NCBI RefSeq assembly: GCF_000142905.1
Contig: NW_013657679.1
Location: forward strand, 572,114-636,113
Reading direction: 5' to 3'
Length of the DNA stretch: 64,000 nt
DNA from: Thecamonas trahens ATCC 50062
Lineage: Eukaryota; Protista; Apusomonadida
The notes under the pieces are model-generated. The model searched no databases, had not been told where the DNA came from, and worked only from the letters and a program-made list of their open reading frames with translations. Shown here one piece after another: positions 11,402 through 23,200 of the stretch (within the stretch, counting starts at the first letter, position 1; each line of letters starts with the position of its first letter). Position numbers and translations under genes: made by a program.

Positions 11402-11707
11402 CGACGGCGGCGGGCTCGGCGGCGGGTTGGGCGGCGGCGGCGGCGGTGATGTGCAGCTTGTCCCGTTGGCAACACACATCGAGGTAGGCGCGAGGCAGAT
11501 GTGGCCATTTTCACAGCAGCTGCCGCTGTCCGGGTTGACGCAACCGGTAGCGGTTCCGTTTGGCGCCATGCAGCACTGCTCCACGATGCCACAGGTGATG
11601 TGGACAGGGCCCGGACAGCGGACCGACTGGCCGGCCACGGCAGGTGGCATGGCGACAGCGGCAAGGACCATGACAAGAGCCATGGCGAGCAGATGACCCA
11701 TAGACAT
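11402..11707 (-). CDS. Secreted/surface Cys-rich protein with poly-Pro stalk, 3' end in gap
   Basis: Signal peptide (MSMGHLLAMALVMVLAAVAMPPAVAG), 10-Cys module with two CC pairs, then SPPPPPPNPPPSPPPS. Confidence 0.65.
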
Positions 11708-11919
11708 GGGCAGGATGAGTAAGGGAGGGGGGACGGGGATGAGTGTTTGTGTGGAGGGGGGGGGGAGGGGGGAGGGGGGGAGGGGGGGGGGGAGGGGGGG
11801 AGGGGGGCTGGCTATGCGACATGGCTTCCGCGCCCAGCCACACGCCCCCTCTCCCACCCTCCCTCCCTCCCCACCAACATCACCACCACCCCACCCCCCT
11901 CCACCGACGACGGGCAGGC

Positions 11920-13734
11920 ATGTCCATGGCGGAGAGTGTGGGCCAGAGTTTGGGCAAGGCTGGAGGAGGGAGGGGGTCGCCAAGGCGGAGCCGGCCGCTG
12001 CGGTTGGCGCCACTGGGGGGGACGGTGCGGAGGCAGGGCGTGGACGGCTCATCACGGCGGCAAGGGGGAGGCGGCGGCGATGTGGAGGATATGCAGGCGG
12101 TGAAGGACGACATCGAATCTATCCATGCCTATGTCGACGCTCTGGGCGAGTCGACGCCCGAGGCCAGCGCCGTCGGCGTCAAGCTGCCCGGCTCGAGGCT
12201 GGCCAAGGTTCCGCAGCGGCTGCCGATGGTCGGGCCGACGTCGGCACAGCTGTACCAGCATCTGTCGCTGCTGGTCCTCGCTGCCACCGATGCGACGGCA
12301 CGGGTGGAGCTGGCGTCGGCATCGGTGGCGGCCGGGTCCGGGTCAGGCGGCGGCTCGCGGGCGGCATCGCTCTCGCCGTTCAAGCGGATCATGTCCGGCC
12401 GGCCGTCGGGCTCGGGCAGGCTCACCCTTTTCTACGCCATCATGCGGCGGATTCTCTCGCTGCGGCATGCGCTCGAGGCCGAACTCGCCGAGCGCCGCAG
12501 GCTGGAGGTCCTGCTCCGCGACGCCAGCGCCCGTGAGGCCGCCGCCGCCTCGGCCAAGAGCTACGGCGTCGACCCGGTCGCCGAGCTTACCCGGAGGCTG
12601 GAGACCGCCTCGGCTGCCAACGCCTCGCTCCGCGCCCAAATCGAGGAGCTACGCGCAGAAATGGCCCACGCCAAGGACGCTGTCATCGCCCACGAGTCCC
12701 GGCTTGCGGCGGCCGCTACGGCGGCGCGCACAGATGGCAAGCATCGCAAGCGCAAGTCCCGCCCAAAGCCGGCTGTCCTCAACGCCGAGGCTCAGACAGA
12801 GCCTGATCCGGTGATAGCGGAGCTCGAGGCTACGCTGGCGCGTGTCCGCACTGAAGCAGACACCGCCGCTGCTGACGCCGCTGCCCAGGTGGCGGCCTCG
12901 TCTGCCGCGTCTGCCGCTGCCGCCGACGAGGCTGCCACCGCGCAGGCCCGCGCCCAAGCCTCAGCCAGCGAGGTGCTGCGTGTCCAGCGCGGAGCGGCAG
13001 ACGATGTCGCTGCCGCCAATGCAGCGGCCGCAGAGCTGCGACTCCAGCTTGCACACGCACACTCGGAGCTCGCCGCTCTCCGCGAGCACGCTGACGCAGT
13101 CACGGCCCGGCGTGACGAGCTCGACGCCGAGCTCGAGCTCGCGGTAGCCAAGGCGCGCGCCGAGGCCGAGGCCGCATCTGCGCTCGAGCGCGAAAAGCTG
13201 GCCGCCGCCAGAGACGTGGCCGAGACCCGCGCCCGCGCGGCCGAGAAGCTCGGACAGAGCCACGCCAAGGATGCGGCTCGGGCCGAGGCGCGCGCGGCAT
13301 CGCTCACTCGCGAGCTCGAGTTGATGCGAGCCGAGTCGCGCGACATGGTCGCCTCGTTCGAGCACCAGATGCAGGAGGCGCTCAAGTCTATCCAGGCCTC
13401 TAGCGAGACTGCGGCGCCGGCGTCTGAGCTGAGTGGCCTCCGCTCCACCGTGGCGGCGCTCGAGTCGCGGCTGACCGAGCTCGCCCGCGAAAAGGCGGCG
13501 TCCGAGGACAAGTTCCTCGGCGCGGTCGATCGGATGAAGGCTCACATTGCGCGGGTTGAGCGTGAGCATGACCAGCTCAAGACCGCACTGGCACAGAGCA
13601 AAAAGGTCAACGCCGCGCTCCGCAAGGAGCTCGCGTCGGCCGACGGCGGGAGAAGCACGCTCGAGTTTGCCGAGCTTCGCTCCAAGCTGCATCGCATGCA
13701 GAAGCGGCTGGCCGAGCTCGAGGGCGCACCTTAG
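11920..13734 (+). CDS. Coiled-coil protein (~604 aa)
   Basis: Long ORF with heptad A/E/L/R composition and a basic patch (KHRKRKSRPK). Confidence 0.65.
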   Translation: MSMAESVGQSLGKAGGGRGSPRRSRPLRLAPLGGTVRRQGVDGSSRRQGGGGGDVEDMQAVKDDIESIHAYVDALGESTPEASAVGVKLPGSRLAKVPQRLPMVGPTSAQLYQHLSLLVLAATDATARVELASASVAAGSGSGGGSRAASLSPFKRIMSGRPSGSGRLTLFYAIMRRILSLRHALEAELAERRRLEVLLRDASAREAAAASAKSYGVDPVAELTRRLETASAANASLRAQIEELRAEMAHAKDAVIAHESRLAAAATAARTDGKHRKRKSRPKPAVLNAEAQTEPDPVIAELEATLARVRTEADTAAADAAAQVAASSAASAAAADEAATAQARAQASASEVLRVQRGAADDVAAANAAAAELRLQLAHAHSELAALREHADAVTARRDELDAELELAVAKARAEAEAASALEREKLAAARDVAETRARAAEKLGQSHAKDAARAEARAASLTRELELMRAESRDMVASFEHQMQEALKSIQASSETAAPASELSGLRSTVAALESRLTELAREKAASEDKFLGAVDRMKAHIARVEREHDQLKTALAQSKKVNAALRKELASADGGRSTLEFAELRSKLHRMQKRLAELEGAP

Positions 13735-13751
13735 TGAGCGGGCTGAAGCTG

Positions 13752-15302
13752 TTACTCGTTGTCGTCTCCAATCTGGAACCACTCGATGGCATACCGCTTG
13801 CGGGCGTACTCCAAGACCCACACCCGCGGCGGCTGGCCGCATTCGTCATGTGCTTGCCGGAGCCTGGCCATGATGGCGGGGCTGACGGCGACGTCGCACC
13901 GGGTCGCACCGGTGACGTCGTCGGTTAGCTGTGGGTAGCGCGGGCGAGGCGACGCCAAGTCGACCGTGCACGCACTCCGATGGACACGAAAGACGAGCAT
14001 GGAGGTGTTGGGCCAGGTGGATTTGGCAAAGACTGGCTCACCATCGCCACCGGCGGTCGCGAGAGGAATGCTGGTACATTGCCACATGCGGTGGCCCTGA
14101 CGGTCGCGCTCGCTGATGGCAAAGATGATATGGAGCTCGCCGTCTTGGGAGATGACGTCGCCGGACGAGAGCATGGAGACACGATCAAGGTATGCGTTGC
14201 CGAGCTCGGCCACCTCGGGCTGCAGTTGTTCAAAGCCCGACGCGTCCAGGATCTTGAGATGCGGCAGCGCGGCGATGACCTCCGGCACGGTGTTCCCCGA
14301 GTGGAGGGAGCAGTGACTTGTGTCAAGCTCCTCGAGTAGGGGCGCTTGGGTCGGAAGCGCGGTGAGCGCGATGGCATCGATTTGTGTATGCGCCAGCTTC
14401 AGGCACTTGAGATGCTTGCGGAAGAGACGGCAGGTGAGAATCTCGGTAAAGAAGATAAAGTCGGGTGTGCACCCCAGAGCTGCAGCCTCGGCGGCCACGT
14501 CAAGTGTGCGGAAGAGGCTAGCATCGGCTCCAATTCGGGCCCACTGTAAGCACACCCGCCGCACGCGAAGCCGATCAACCAGTGGCAGCAGACTGAAGAT
14601 CTCCAGGAGCAACTCGTCCGGGAGGTCGGCAACCACGCAACTGCCGTCTGTGCTCGCGGCGTCCATGGCGGCCGACTCGAGCTCATGCTCGACTCCTGCA
14701 ATCTCGGCCAGCGCACCAAGCACGACAACGTGCCGTCCTGCGCCTTGCTCTGGCACTGCGGCGGCGCGATCGTGGACGGCCGCCAGCGCACGGGCGAGAC
14801 CGGTCATCAGGCTGGCCTTGGAATCGTACTCACCGAAAGCCTCGTTCCCGCCGCTCGACCACCAAGACGACTTTGTCAGCCGTGGCAGGCTCCCCAGAAT
14901 GGGCGAGCTCGTTACCCAGTAGTTCACGCCGTACTCCAGGACGGTGAGCGAGAGGATCAGCACGCGCGGGATGCGGCGGAGGCACGGATTGACGAGGAGA
15001 AACGGGGCCAGCTGCTCGGCCACCAGATTGATGACCTGCACCTTCTTGATCACCTCGGTAGTCTCGACGTTGGCGAGCAGCTCGACGACGTCCAGCTCGT
15101 CACTCAGCGTATATCCCGTATCATCGCTGAAGTCAAAGGGCTCGGTGTCTTTGCCTGACGGCCGGATCACTACCACGACGAGCGCCTCCGGGTCGACCAC
15201 CTCCACATGGGTGACTGGGGTGGGAACGGTGAGTGTGTACGGTTCGAGCAGGCGGACAAGGCGGGTAACTGCTGTGATGGGGCTCGGCGACCAGGCTGCC
15301 AT
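13752..15302 (-). CDS. F-box/LRR protein with internal F-box
   Basis: F-box LPDELLLEIFSLLPLVDRLRVRRVCLQW followed by LRR-like LKCLKLAH, LEELDTSHC, LKILDASG. Confidence 0.8.
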   Translation of the reverse strand: MAAWSPSPITAVTRLVRLLEPYTLTVPTPVTHVEVVDPEALVVVVIRPSGKDTEPFDFSDDTGYTLSDELDVVELLANVETTEVIKKVQVINLVAEQLAPFLLVNPCLRRIPRVLILSLTVLEYGVNYWVTSSPILGSLPRLTKSSWWSSGGNEAFGEYDSKASLMTGLARALAAVHDRAAAVPEQGAGRHVVVLGALAEIAGVEHELESAAMDAASTDGSCVVADLPDELLLEIFSLLPLVDRLRVRRVCLQWARIGADASLFRTLDVAAEAAALGCTPDFIFFTEILTCRLFRKHLKCLKLAHTQIDAIALTALPTQAPLLEELDTSHCSLHSGNTVPEVIAALPHLKILDASGFEQLQPEVAELGNAYLDRVSMLSSGDVISQDGELHIIFAISERDRQGHRMWQCTSIPLATAGGDGEPVFAKSTWPNTSMLVFRVHRSACTVDLASPRPRYPQLTDDVTGATRCDVAVSPAIMARLRQAHDECGQPPRVWVLEYARKRYAIEWFQIGDDNE

Positions 15303-15505
15303 GGCAGGCAGCAGGTGTGCGTTGGGTGGGGTGGGGGCGGGTGGCTGTGTCGAATGGAAGGGTTTGTGAACCGCATGCCGACGACGGCGGCGGACCGGCA
15401 GCGGCACGACGACGATGGAATGAATCACGAGCGCAAGAGCGGAGCGGCAGGTCTGTCGTTGTCATTTGGTGTGCTGAGCGTTTACGGAGCTTGTGACAGG
15501 AGCGA

Positions 15506-16768
15506 TCAGCGGCGCTTGGAATGGCGCGAGAGCTTCTTGCTCCCGCGGCCGCCCTTCTTGTTGGCGGCGCGGGCGGCGAGGTTCTCGGTACGCTTGGCCT
15601 GCTTGTCGCGGGCAGCCTTCTCGACGACGGCCTTGCGTTCGGCCCATTCCTTGGCGGACTTTGCCTTCTTCTTCTGGTCGCGCTTGATGGACTTGCGCAG
15701 CAGCTTGGGGTTGTCCTTAATCTTGACGCCCTGCACACGCTTGAGCGTCTTCTGCCACTCCATGTCCTCGACGATGGCCTTGCCCTTGGCGCCGCCCTCT
15801 TTCAGCAGGCGGGCCTTCTCGGCCTCGGCCCGCTCGGCCTGCTCGAGCAGCTTGCGCTTGTTGACCTTCTTGCCGGCCACCAGCGGCTGCAGCAAAGAGG
15901 CATCCGACTTAAAGTCAAAGTTGGAAAAGGCGAGCTCGCCCGAGGCCGTCGCCTCACGGGCCTCGCTCGCCAGCCGCTCCACGTCCATGGCGACGGGCTG
16001 GCCAGCGGCCTCGGCATCGCCCGAGCCGCTGCCGCTGCCGGCGGCGGCGGATTCCGAGGCAGCCTTCTTCTCCTTCTTCTCCTTCTTCTTCTCCTTCTTC
16101 TTCTTCTTGGCCTTGGTCGGGAGGCCGGCCTCGCGAAGCTTCTTCTTCTTGGCCTCGCGATCGCGCTTCTCGCGCGACAGATCGCGCTGCTTGCGCTTCT
16201 TGGTGGGCGGCTCAAAGTCGTCGTCGTTGTTGAGCAACGCCTCGGACGCCATGCCAGCACCATTGCCTCCTGATGTCTGACCCTCCTCCTCGCCCTCTCC
16301 GCTCTTGGCCTTCATCGCCAGATACCGCGCCGTCTGCCAGTCACACACGCCCGGCAGCATCTGAGCCACCCGCGGCTTGGCCACTCCGGGATACTCGCTG
16401 CTGTCGAGGTACGCGTTCGGCGGGAACATGTCGACCATGTTATCAAAGACTACCACCCCCAATCCGCCAGCATCATCCATTCCACACCATCTTCTCCTGT
16501 GAGTCCTTCTCCGCCCCCAAGCACTCTCCTTGCCTTGCCCCCCTTTGGCCATGCCCGTCCTCCCGAGTCACCAGCCCCCGTCCGTGGTGGATGCCAAGCG
16601 GATCCGTCTCATCCTGGCCATTCGCCATCCTCCAGTTGGAGGAGGAGGAGGAGGGGGGGGGGAGGGGGGGAGGGAAAGAAAGGGGGAGGGGGGATGGTAT
16701 GTGTATGTGTATGTGTGCGTACACCGGCATGCTGCCCGGATGGACGTCTGCAGCTCTGTCTCCTGCAT
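15506..16768 (-). CDS. SURF6: SURF6/RRP14 nucleolar protein, 2 exons (16768-16723, 16449-15506)
   Basis: SURF6 C-domain WQKTLKRVQGVKIKDNPKLLRKSIKR...WAERK...KRTENL. A GTACGC...TAG intron (16722-16450) restores an RRP14-type N-terminus IRAACRFFDNMVDMFPPNAY. Confidence 0.9.
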
Positions 16769-16946
16769 AGTCACACCCAAGTTCAGTCAAGTGGTGGCTG
16801 AGAGGAGGAGACGGAGGCGGCGACCGCTTGCCGCTTGGAGTTGGGGAGGAGGGGAGGGGGGGGGGGGAGGGGGAGGGGGGCATGGGTGGTGGAGGTGATC
16901 GGATGGGGGGTTGGCCAGGGGATGGGGATCAGGAGGGGGGGGGGGG

Positions 16947-17092
16947 NNNNNNNNNNNNNNNNNNNNNNNNNNNNNNNNNNNNNNNNNNNNNNNNNNNNNN
17001 NNNNNNNNNNNNNNNNNNNNNNNNNNNNNNNNNNNNNNNNNNNNNNNNNNNNNNNNNNNNNNNNNNNNNNNNNNNNNNNNNNNNNNNNNNNN
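16947..17092. other. assembly gap
   Basis: Run of N next to a poly-G tract. Confidence 1.
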
Positions 17093-17370
17093 CCTTGCCA
17101 TCGGAGCAAGGGGAAGGGGTGGTATGTGATAGTTGCAGTCGGGATCTTGTCTGCTGTTACAATGGCGGCAACTCTTCCCGGTCCCCCCCCCCCCCCCCCC
17201 CCCCCCCTCCCCCCTCTCCCCCCTCTCCCCTCCCTCCCCCCCCTTCCCACCTCGCCCCTTCCACCCCCACACCTCTACACTCCAACTCACCCACACCAGG
17301 CCGATAGTATTCCTGGTGAGCGAGCCTTCTGTGTGGACTGAGGCAGCAAGCGCTGGCGTTTGAGTACGAG

Positions 17371-17823
17371 ATGGAGGGAGGCCGGCTGAAAGTGGCCGAG
17401 GCGGTGTCGGCGGCGCTGCATGCGCTGATGGTGGAGGAGATGATGCGTGTCATGGCGATGGAGGCACCGACGCCGGTGGATGTGGCCGAGGCCTTTGTGA
17501 TAGCGCCGGATGTTGTAACGGCGGCGCGTGAGGCTGGGCTCGACGATAGCGAGGACCTGGCCGCTCTGCGCGAGTACATGAGGGCGTTGGAAGAGGAGAT
17601 GGTCTCGGTCCTCTCGCGATCGCTCTTCCAGCGGCAGCGGTATGTGTACTCGGAGCTGGGCGGGATTGTGATGGACGTGTCGTCGCTGGTGGGCGCGCCG
17701 ATGGCGATGCTCGTCGAGCCCGAGCTGGCGGTGGTGGCGTGGACGAAGCCGGCGCTGCACGGCCGGCCGATGCCAAGCGGCGGCGGCGGCTCGATCCGGC
17801 TGCGGCATTACTCGCGGCTGTGA
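17371..17823 (+). CDS. Hypothetical protein ending in PTS1-like -SRL; 5' end uncertain
   Basis: 150-aa ORF with strong GC3 bias; ends ...IRLRHYSRL*. Confidence 0.55.
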   Translation: MEGGRLKVAEAVSAALHALMVEEMMRVMAMEAPTPVDVAEAFVIAPDVVTAAREAGLDDSEDLAALREYMRALEEEMVSVLSRSLFQRQRYVYSELGGIVMDVSSLVGAPMAMLVEPELAVVAWTKPALHGRPMPSGGGGSIRLRHYSRL

Positions 17824-17843
17824 GAGCAGGGATACAATGTCGT

Positions 17844-19489
17844 TTACAGCTCGGCGGCCTGGTCGGGGAAGATGGTGACATACGTGGCAAAGGCAAAGGC
17901 GAGGAGGCCAATGGTGAGGACGGCGTAGGCGACGGAGCGGCCGGAGAAGATGGTCGAGTACGGCGTGACCTGCGAGCCCTTGCCCCAGCGCGAGACCATG
18001 TAGTTGTGGGAGAGGATGAGCAGCATGGGCGGGATGATGAGCTCGAGGAAGAAAGCAAAGAGGCCGGTGATGGTGAAGATCTCGTTGAGGTTGCCGGTGT
18101 AGAGGCCGAGGCCGAGCGGGGGATGGCGGCGATGAAGCGGAAGAGCAGCTGGCAGAGGCGGTCGGAGGCGCCGGTGAGGCCGCGGAAGGAGGCGATGAGC
18201 GCGTTGGGCGCCGAGTGGAAGAGGTTGTCGCCGAGGGTGACGCAGATGAGCGGGTAGACGGTGAGCATGTCCAGGGTGGGGAAGAGCATGACCGAGAGCT
18301 TGACAATGTACGCCCACCAGAGGGTGTGGCCCTCGCCCCAGCCGCCAGCGCGGCCGGTGTACGAGTTCCAGTTGAGGGTGATGAGCGGGGTGACGCCCGA
18401 GCCAAAGGCCATGCCGCAGAGCGCGCCGATGAGGAGGTAGCAAAAGGCGGCGACGGAGATGCCGGCGGCGGTGAGGCCGAGAAGCGAGCGCTTGGGCGTG
18501 ATGGGCTGGATGACGTTGGGCATGTTGTAGTGGACGTTGAGGGCAACGGCCGAAAAGGTAAAGGCGGTGCCAAAGCCGGACCACTTGACATGCTCGGTGG
18601 CGTGCGAGATGTATGGCGCCGATGTCGATGACGACTCGGGATCAAAAGTGTTCGGGTACTTGAGCGCCACGCCTGCGCTGATGACGAGGACGCAAAAGGC
18701 GCAAAACCGGTAGACGGTCATGATCATCTGCAGCCACTTTTGCTCCGCGACGTCGCGGGTCGAGACGATGACGACAAAGATGCCAAAGGCGGTGACCCAG
18801 AGGTAGTACCCGGTCTGGCACGAGTGGCTCGGGTCATCGTAGATGGAGCAGTCCTTGGAGAGCGCGTACTTGAAGAAGAGCGTGTCGGCCGACGAGGCAA
18901 AGACGGCAACAAACGACCAGAGCACACCGTAGCAGTACAGCGCCATGACCACCTGAGTGAAAACCTGCATGCGGACGCCGCCAAACAGGCGCGAGGCCGC
19001 CACGAAATCGAACCTTCGATACCCGATGCGGTTGCGGGGATAGCCAGCGGCATCGGCCTCGGAGGCGGTGCCTGCGGCATCGAGCGTCGACTCGGTTCGC
19101 CCACGGCCGGCAACAGAGCCTGCCTTGGCTGAGGAGTACTCGTCGGCTTCTGCATCGCCTCTGGCGGCGTGCGGGTGAGCGTGCGGGCCCGAGTTGACGA
19201 GTGATGATGACTCGGTGAGAAGCGGCTTGCCCGAGTCTGTGAGGGCGAGGACGCCCTCTGCGCGGGCAAGGACCTCGACGACGTAGAAGACACAGACGAG
19301 TGCGAGAAAGGCAAAGATGATGACGCAGATGGTGGTCAGTCGCCAGCCGGCCTTGTAGTAGGCAAAGGGAATGGAGAAGACGCCTGTGCCAATGATGTAG
19401 TTGATCATGGTCCCAAACCCGACCAGCCGCGAGTACGTCTCCACCTCTTCTGTCCCGCCAGTCACGCGTGGCACCTCATACGTCGGCAT
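17844..19489 (-). CDS. TMEM104/SLC38-like amino-acid transporter with 1-nt frameshift at ~18118-18122
   Basis: YSRLVGFGTMINYIIGTGVFSIPFAYYKAGW is an Aa_trans/TMEM104-type start, with ~11 TM segments. The frame switches at IAAIP|PLGLGLYTGN within a C5 run. Confidence 0.85.
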
Positions 19490-20288
19490 GTAGTCACAAT
19501 GTCCGAGTTAGAGTGGTTGTGGATGGGCTTGTCTGCTTCTCTTGTCGCGAAGTCGAGTCTGTCTTGTCTTTGCCCTTGCCTGTGCGTCGAGTCTGTCGCC
19601 GTGTGTGTGTGACACTTTGCCCGCCAATTCGAGTACGTCACACGACGTCATCAACACGACATGACACGTTGCCCGACTGCCGGCCTATGTGGGCGATGCA
19701 CACGTTGCTACACAAAGGTGAGCGTGACCGAGCGGGAGGCAGAGGCGATGCCATCGGCGGGGAGGAGGGTCAACGTCGACACGGCCAGGTTGGCCAGGGG
19801 GCGAGATGCACGAGATCTCTTGCCGCCCAGCAATGGTGTCGTGAGCGAGATGTCGCTGCTGTCAGCGAGGGTGGCAAAGGACACGGGGCCGTTGGCGCGT
19901 GATCCGATCATCGGCGAGATACTCCAGGTCGATCGGGACGGGCGCTGGCATATCGGCCAGCTACCCCCATCACTTCCCCATCGCGATGATCGCCTTTGTC
20001 TTGCGTGATCTCATGCTCTCGCGTGCGCGCTCGTATCTGGGATGAGCATACAGGTTGGCCCGATTCAACCGCATTACAGCCAGCAAAGCTGCAACATGCT
20101 CGTGAACAACCCTACATGTAGCTGTGATGACCTTCCACCCTCTTCCACACGGCCAGCAAGAGCCCGGTAGCTTGGCCGGTGGAAGGCTCGAAACGGCTTC
20201 TTTCTCAGAATTTTTTCGGCTTCTCCAGTTTCCACCAGCGGCTGTCTCACGCCTGTGCCCAGTGCAGCACAGAACACCCGACTCCATC

Positions 20289-23200
20289 ATGGCAGCACAC
20301 ATGGTCACCCTGAACAGGACAGATCACGCGTTCTGCATGTACTCAGCTGTGACGTCACGTGCGGAGCCTTTGCTCTCTGACTTTGTGAAGGGTGTATTTG
20401 CAGCGGGTTTCTCGCCGGTGGCCGACCGGACCTGGTTCCAAGCGCTGAAGACGACGCTGACACGGACCATGAGCGTGCACTTGAAGACGGTCGACGATGT
20501 GCTTGATGTATACTCGGCGACTTTTCTCCTTCGCAAGCAGTTCAAGCTCGTACTGGCCGTACTCGGCTGGTTGCCCGAGTCTGAAAACGCCGCGCACCTG
20601 CACAAGGCTGTCGACACCATCTTCTACTCGCGCAACTGGATCTCCCACGGCTCACTGCGCCTAGGTGAGGCCGAGCGCGCCGTCAACGCGCTGAAGCATA
20701 TACTGCGCACCATATCGCCTTTCCGGCTGGAATCTGTGCTTGAAGCAGTGCGTGGTGTCGAAGAGAAGTATGCCCCAACACCGCTGGCCGACGTGACCGG
20801 CGTGCTGGCGCAGGTGTGCGCCGGACTGGTCGCCAGGCCGTCTGAAATCGACGCGCTAGAGTGGGTGAAGGACCAAGCGGATGAGGTGACTCTGTCCGAT
20901 GTCGAGTACGCGTATGTGGTGATGCGCCGTGGCTTTGCGGAGCTATTCAACGCGTTCCGTTCTGTACTCCATGATTGCCGAATCACCAAACCTGACGAGG
21001 CGCATGTGCTCTGCTGCTTTGACTGCAAAATGATGGTGCTCAAGTGCCGAGACTTTCCTTTCGATACCGAGGCGCAGCTGAGTAACAGCGAACGAGCGAG
21101 CAAGGATGCCTTGACTACTCACTTGGGCAAGGAAGGGTGCACCGCGTGCGCCGAGACGGTCGCATGGTGCTGCCACGATGTGGCCTCGCTCAAGAATCAC
21201 CTCGACAAATGTACCATTGGCGACTCGGCATGTGGCAACGGCATGGGCGATCTAACCATTGATCTAATGGCACTCGTCAAGCAGCGCCATAACATGGCGC
21301 ACGGTAGTGCTGACGCAACGGGATGGGTCGTCCTCAACCGTCTGGGTGCGCTGAAGCGGGTACTCGACGCGCTGGCAACCAGGACATACCTTTCCGACGA
21401 CCGTGCATCGCATGTTGGCGCATGCGCCGCAAGTGTCGCGAACGAGATGGACCAGCTCACGAGCGTGCTGCGCGACTCTGTAGGTGGATGCGTGGAGGAG
21501 CGCATTGAGGCGGTGTTGGAGCAGCTCGGGTCAAGCTTTCAGCCTGTCGTCATCAAGTGCCCTGTGGTGAAGGCAACACCACTCCCAACGAACATCGACG
21601 CGGCACAGCACGCCCTGGGCGGATGTCTCGTTTGCGTCTGGCATGGCAAGATACCGCAGTTGTCAGACGGCGCAGCCAGAGACACCATGCTCACCCAGCT
21701 CCGCGTGCTGCGCGTCGCAGTCGCCAAAGAGCGCAAGACGTACCGTTTGCGCAGCTTGACTGAGATTGCGGCCAAAATCCACGAGCTGGCGAACAAGAGC
21801 AAGACCGACAAAGCCAGAGCTGATCTCGAGAGCATGCTTCAGCTGGTGGGCGTGTCGACTGAGATGTCGGATGACGAATTGGGCGAGACTGTGCTAAGCT
21901 GGATAGACTCGCTCGACGTCTGTGTCTGCCATGCACCCGTGCGCTCAGCGATCGTTGAGCCGGCCACCTGCTCGTGTGAGAAGGAGCTGCTTGCATTGGT
22001 GCCGAAGCGCGAGCGCGCGTTGTTTGGACGAGATCGCATCCAGGCGGCTTGTGTGGCGCTCAATGACGACGAACTCCCGACGAAGTTTGCGAGGCTGGCG
22101 ACTTTTCTGCAGGCCATGGACTGCGAGGTGGCTCGGGATGTGTTTGCTAGATCTGGCAAGGTGATTGCCCGCGTTATGGCGATGAGGACTACGGTGCCGT
22201 TCGGATTTTTGCGGCGCGAGATCGCTGGCGTGGACGCAAAGTACGTTGGTCGGCACGACAAGGTGAAGCAGCTCACAGACGCTTTCGAGGCCGCCGCCGC
22301 TTCTGATGGCCGCGGGCCGGTTCAAGCATTCATGGTGTGCGGCGAGACAGGAATGGGCAAGACAACGACGGTCGTTGAGGCGCTGCGACAACATCACCGC
22401 AATGGGCGCGTGTTGGCGGAGAAGGGAAAGTGGGTGCTGCACATGCGTGTGCAGGGGCGGATGGTTCACGAAGCACTCGATGAGCTTGCGGCGATTGCTC
22501 GTGAGCAGCGCGCCGCACTTGGTGTGGCAGCAGACGTTGTAGACGACGGCGAGTATGTGGAGAGCCTGGTGAAGTTCTGCCGTCGCGATGAGACGGTGTG
22601 GGTCCTCGTTGTTGACGATGTCTTGGCCTGCAGTGTGTGGAATGAGATCTGCGGCAAGTTTGCTGGTGTGCCCGGCGGTGTAGTGGTGGGTACATCGCTT
22701 GCGGACGAGTCGGTCTGGGCCGAAGCGGCCGTTGACATTGTGCGGCTGGAGCCGCTCACCCGTGATGAGGCCAAGGTGCTTGCCAAGCGGGTTGGGCTTG
22801 ACCTCGAGCCTGATGTCTGGGACGAAGTTGCAGCGTTCTGTGACAAGACATTGCAAAACCTGCCGCTCGCGGTGCGGCTGTTTTTCACCCAGGCAAGAAA
22901 CCGGTGCGGAGTTGAAATCCAGAGCCTAATGCAGGACCCTGTGTTTGTTCTCGAGGGCGGCGAGGAGCATTTGCGCGGGGTACTCGGGACGATGCGCTTG
23001 GCGCTGCGTGGACTGGATGACAACGCCCGCGGGATGATGGCTGTACTTGCAGTGATTGATGTCGATCGCGTACCTACGTTCCTGCTCGACGGACGCGTGA
23101 TCGACGGTCTTGTAATGGAACCTGTGGATGGCGTTCCGCTGTCGAAGGGGTTGGCGGCTGACCGCGCGGCACTGGTGCTGCGCCAGGAGGGGCTTGTGCG

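Noticed and set aside
19661-20050. Partner gene or antitoxin upstream of the NLR
   Set aside because: Only short, stop-interrupted frames with no recognisable motif; at most a decayed fragment.
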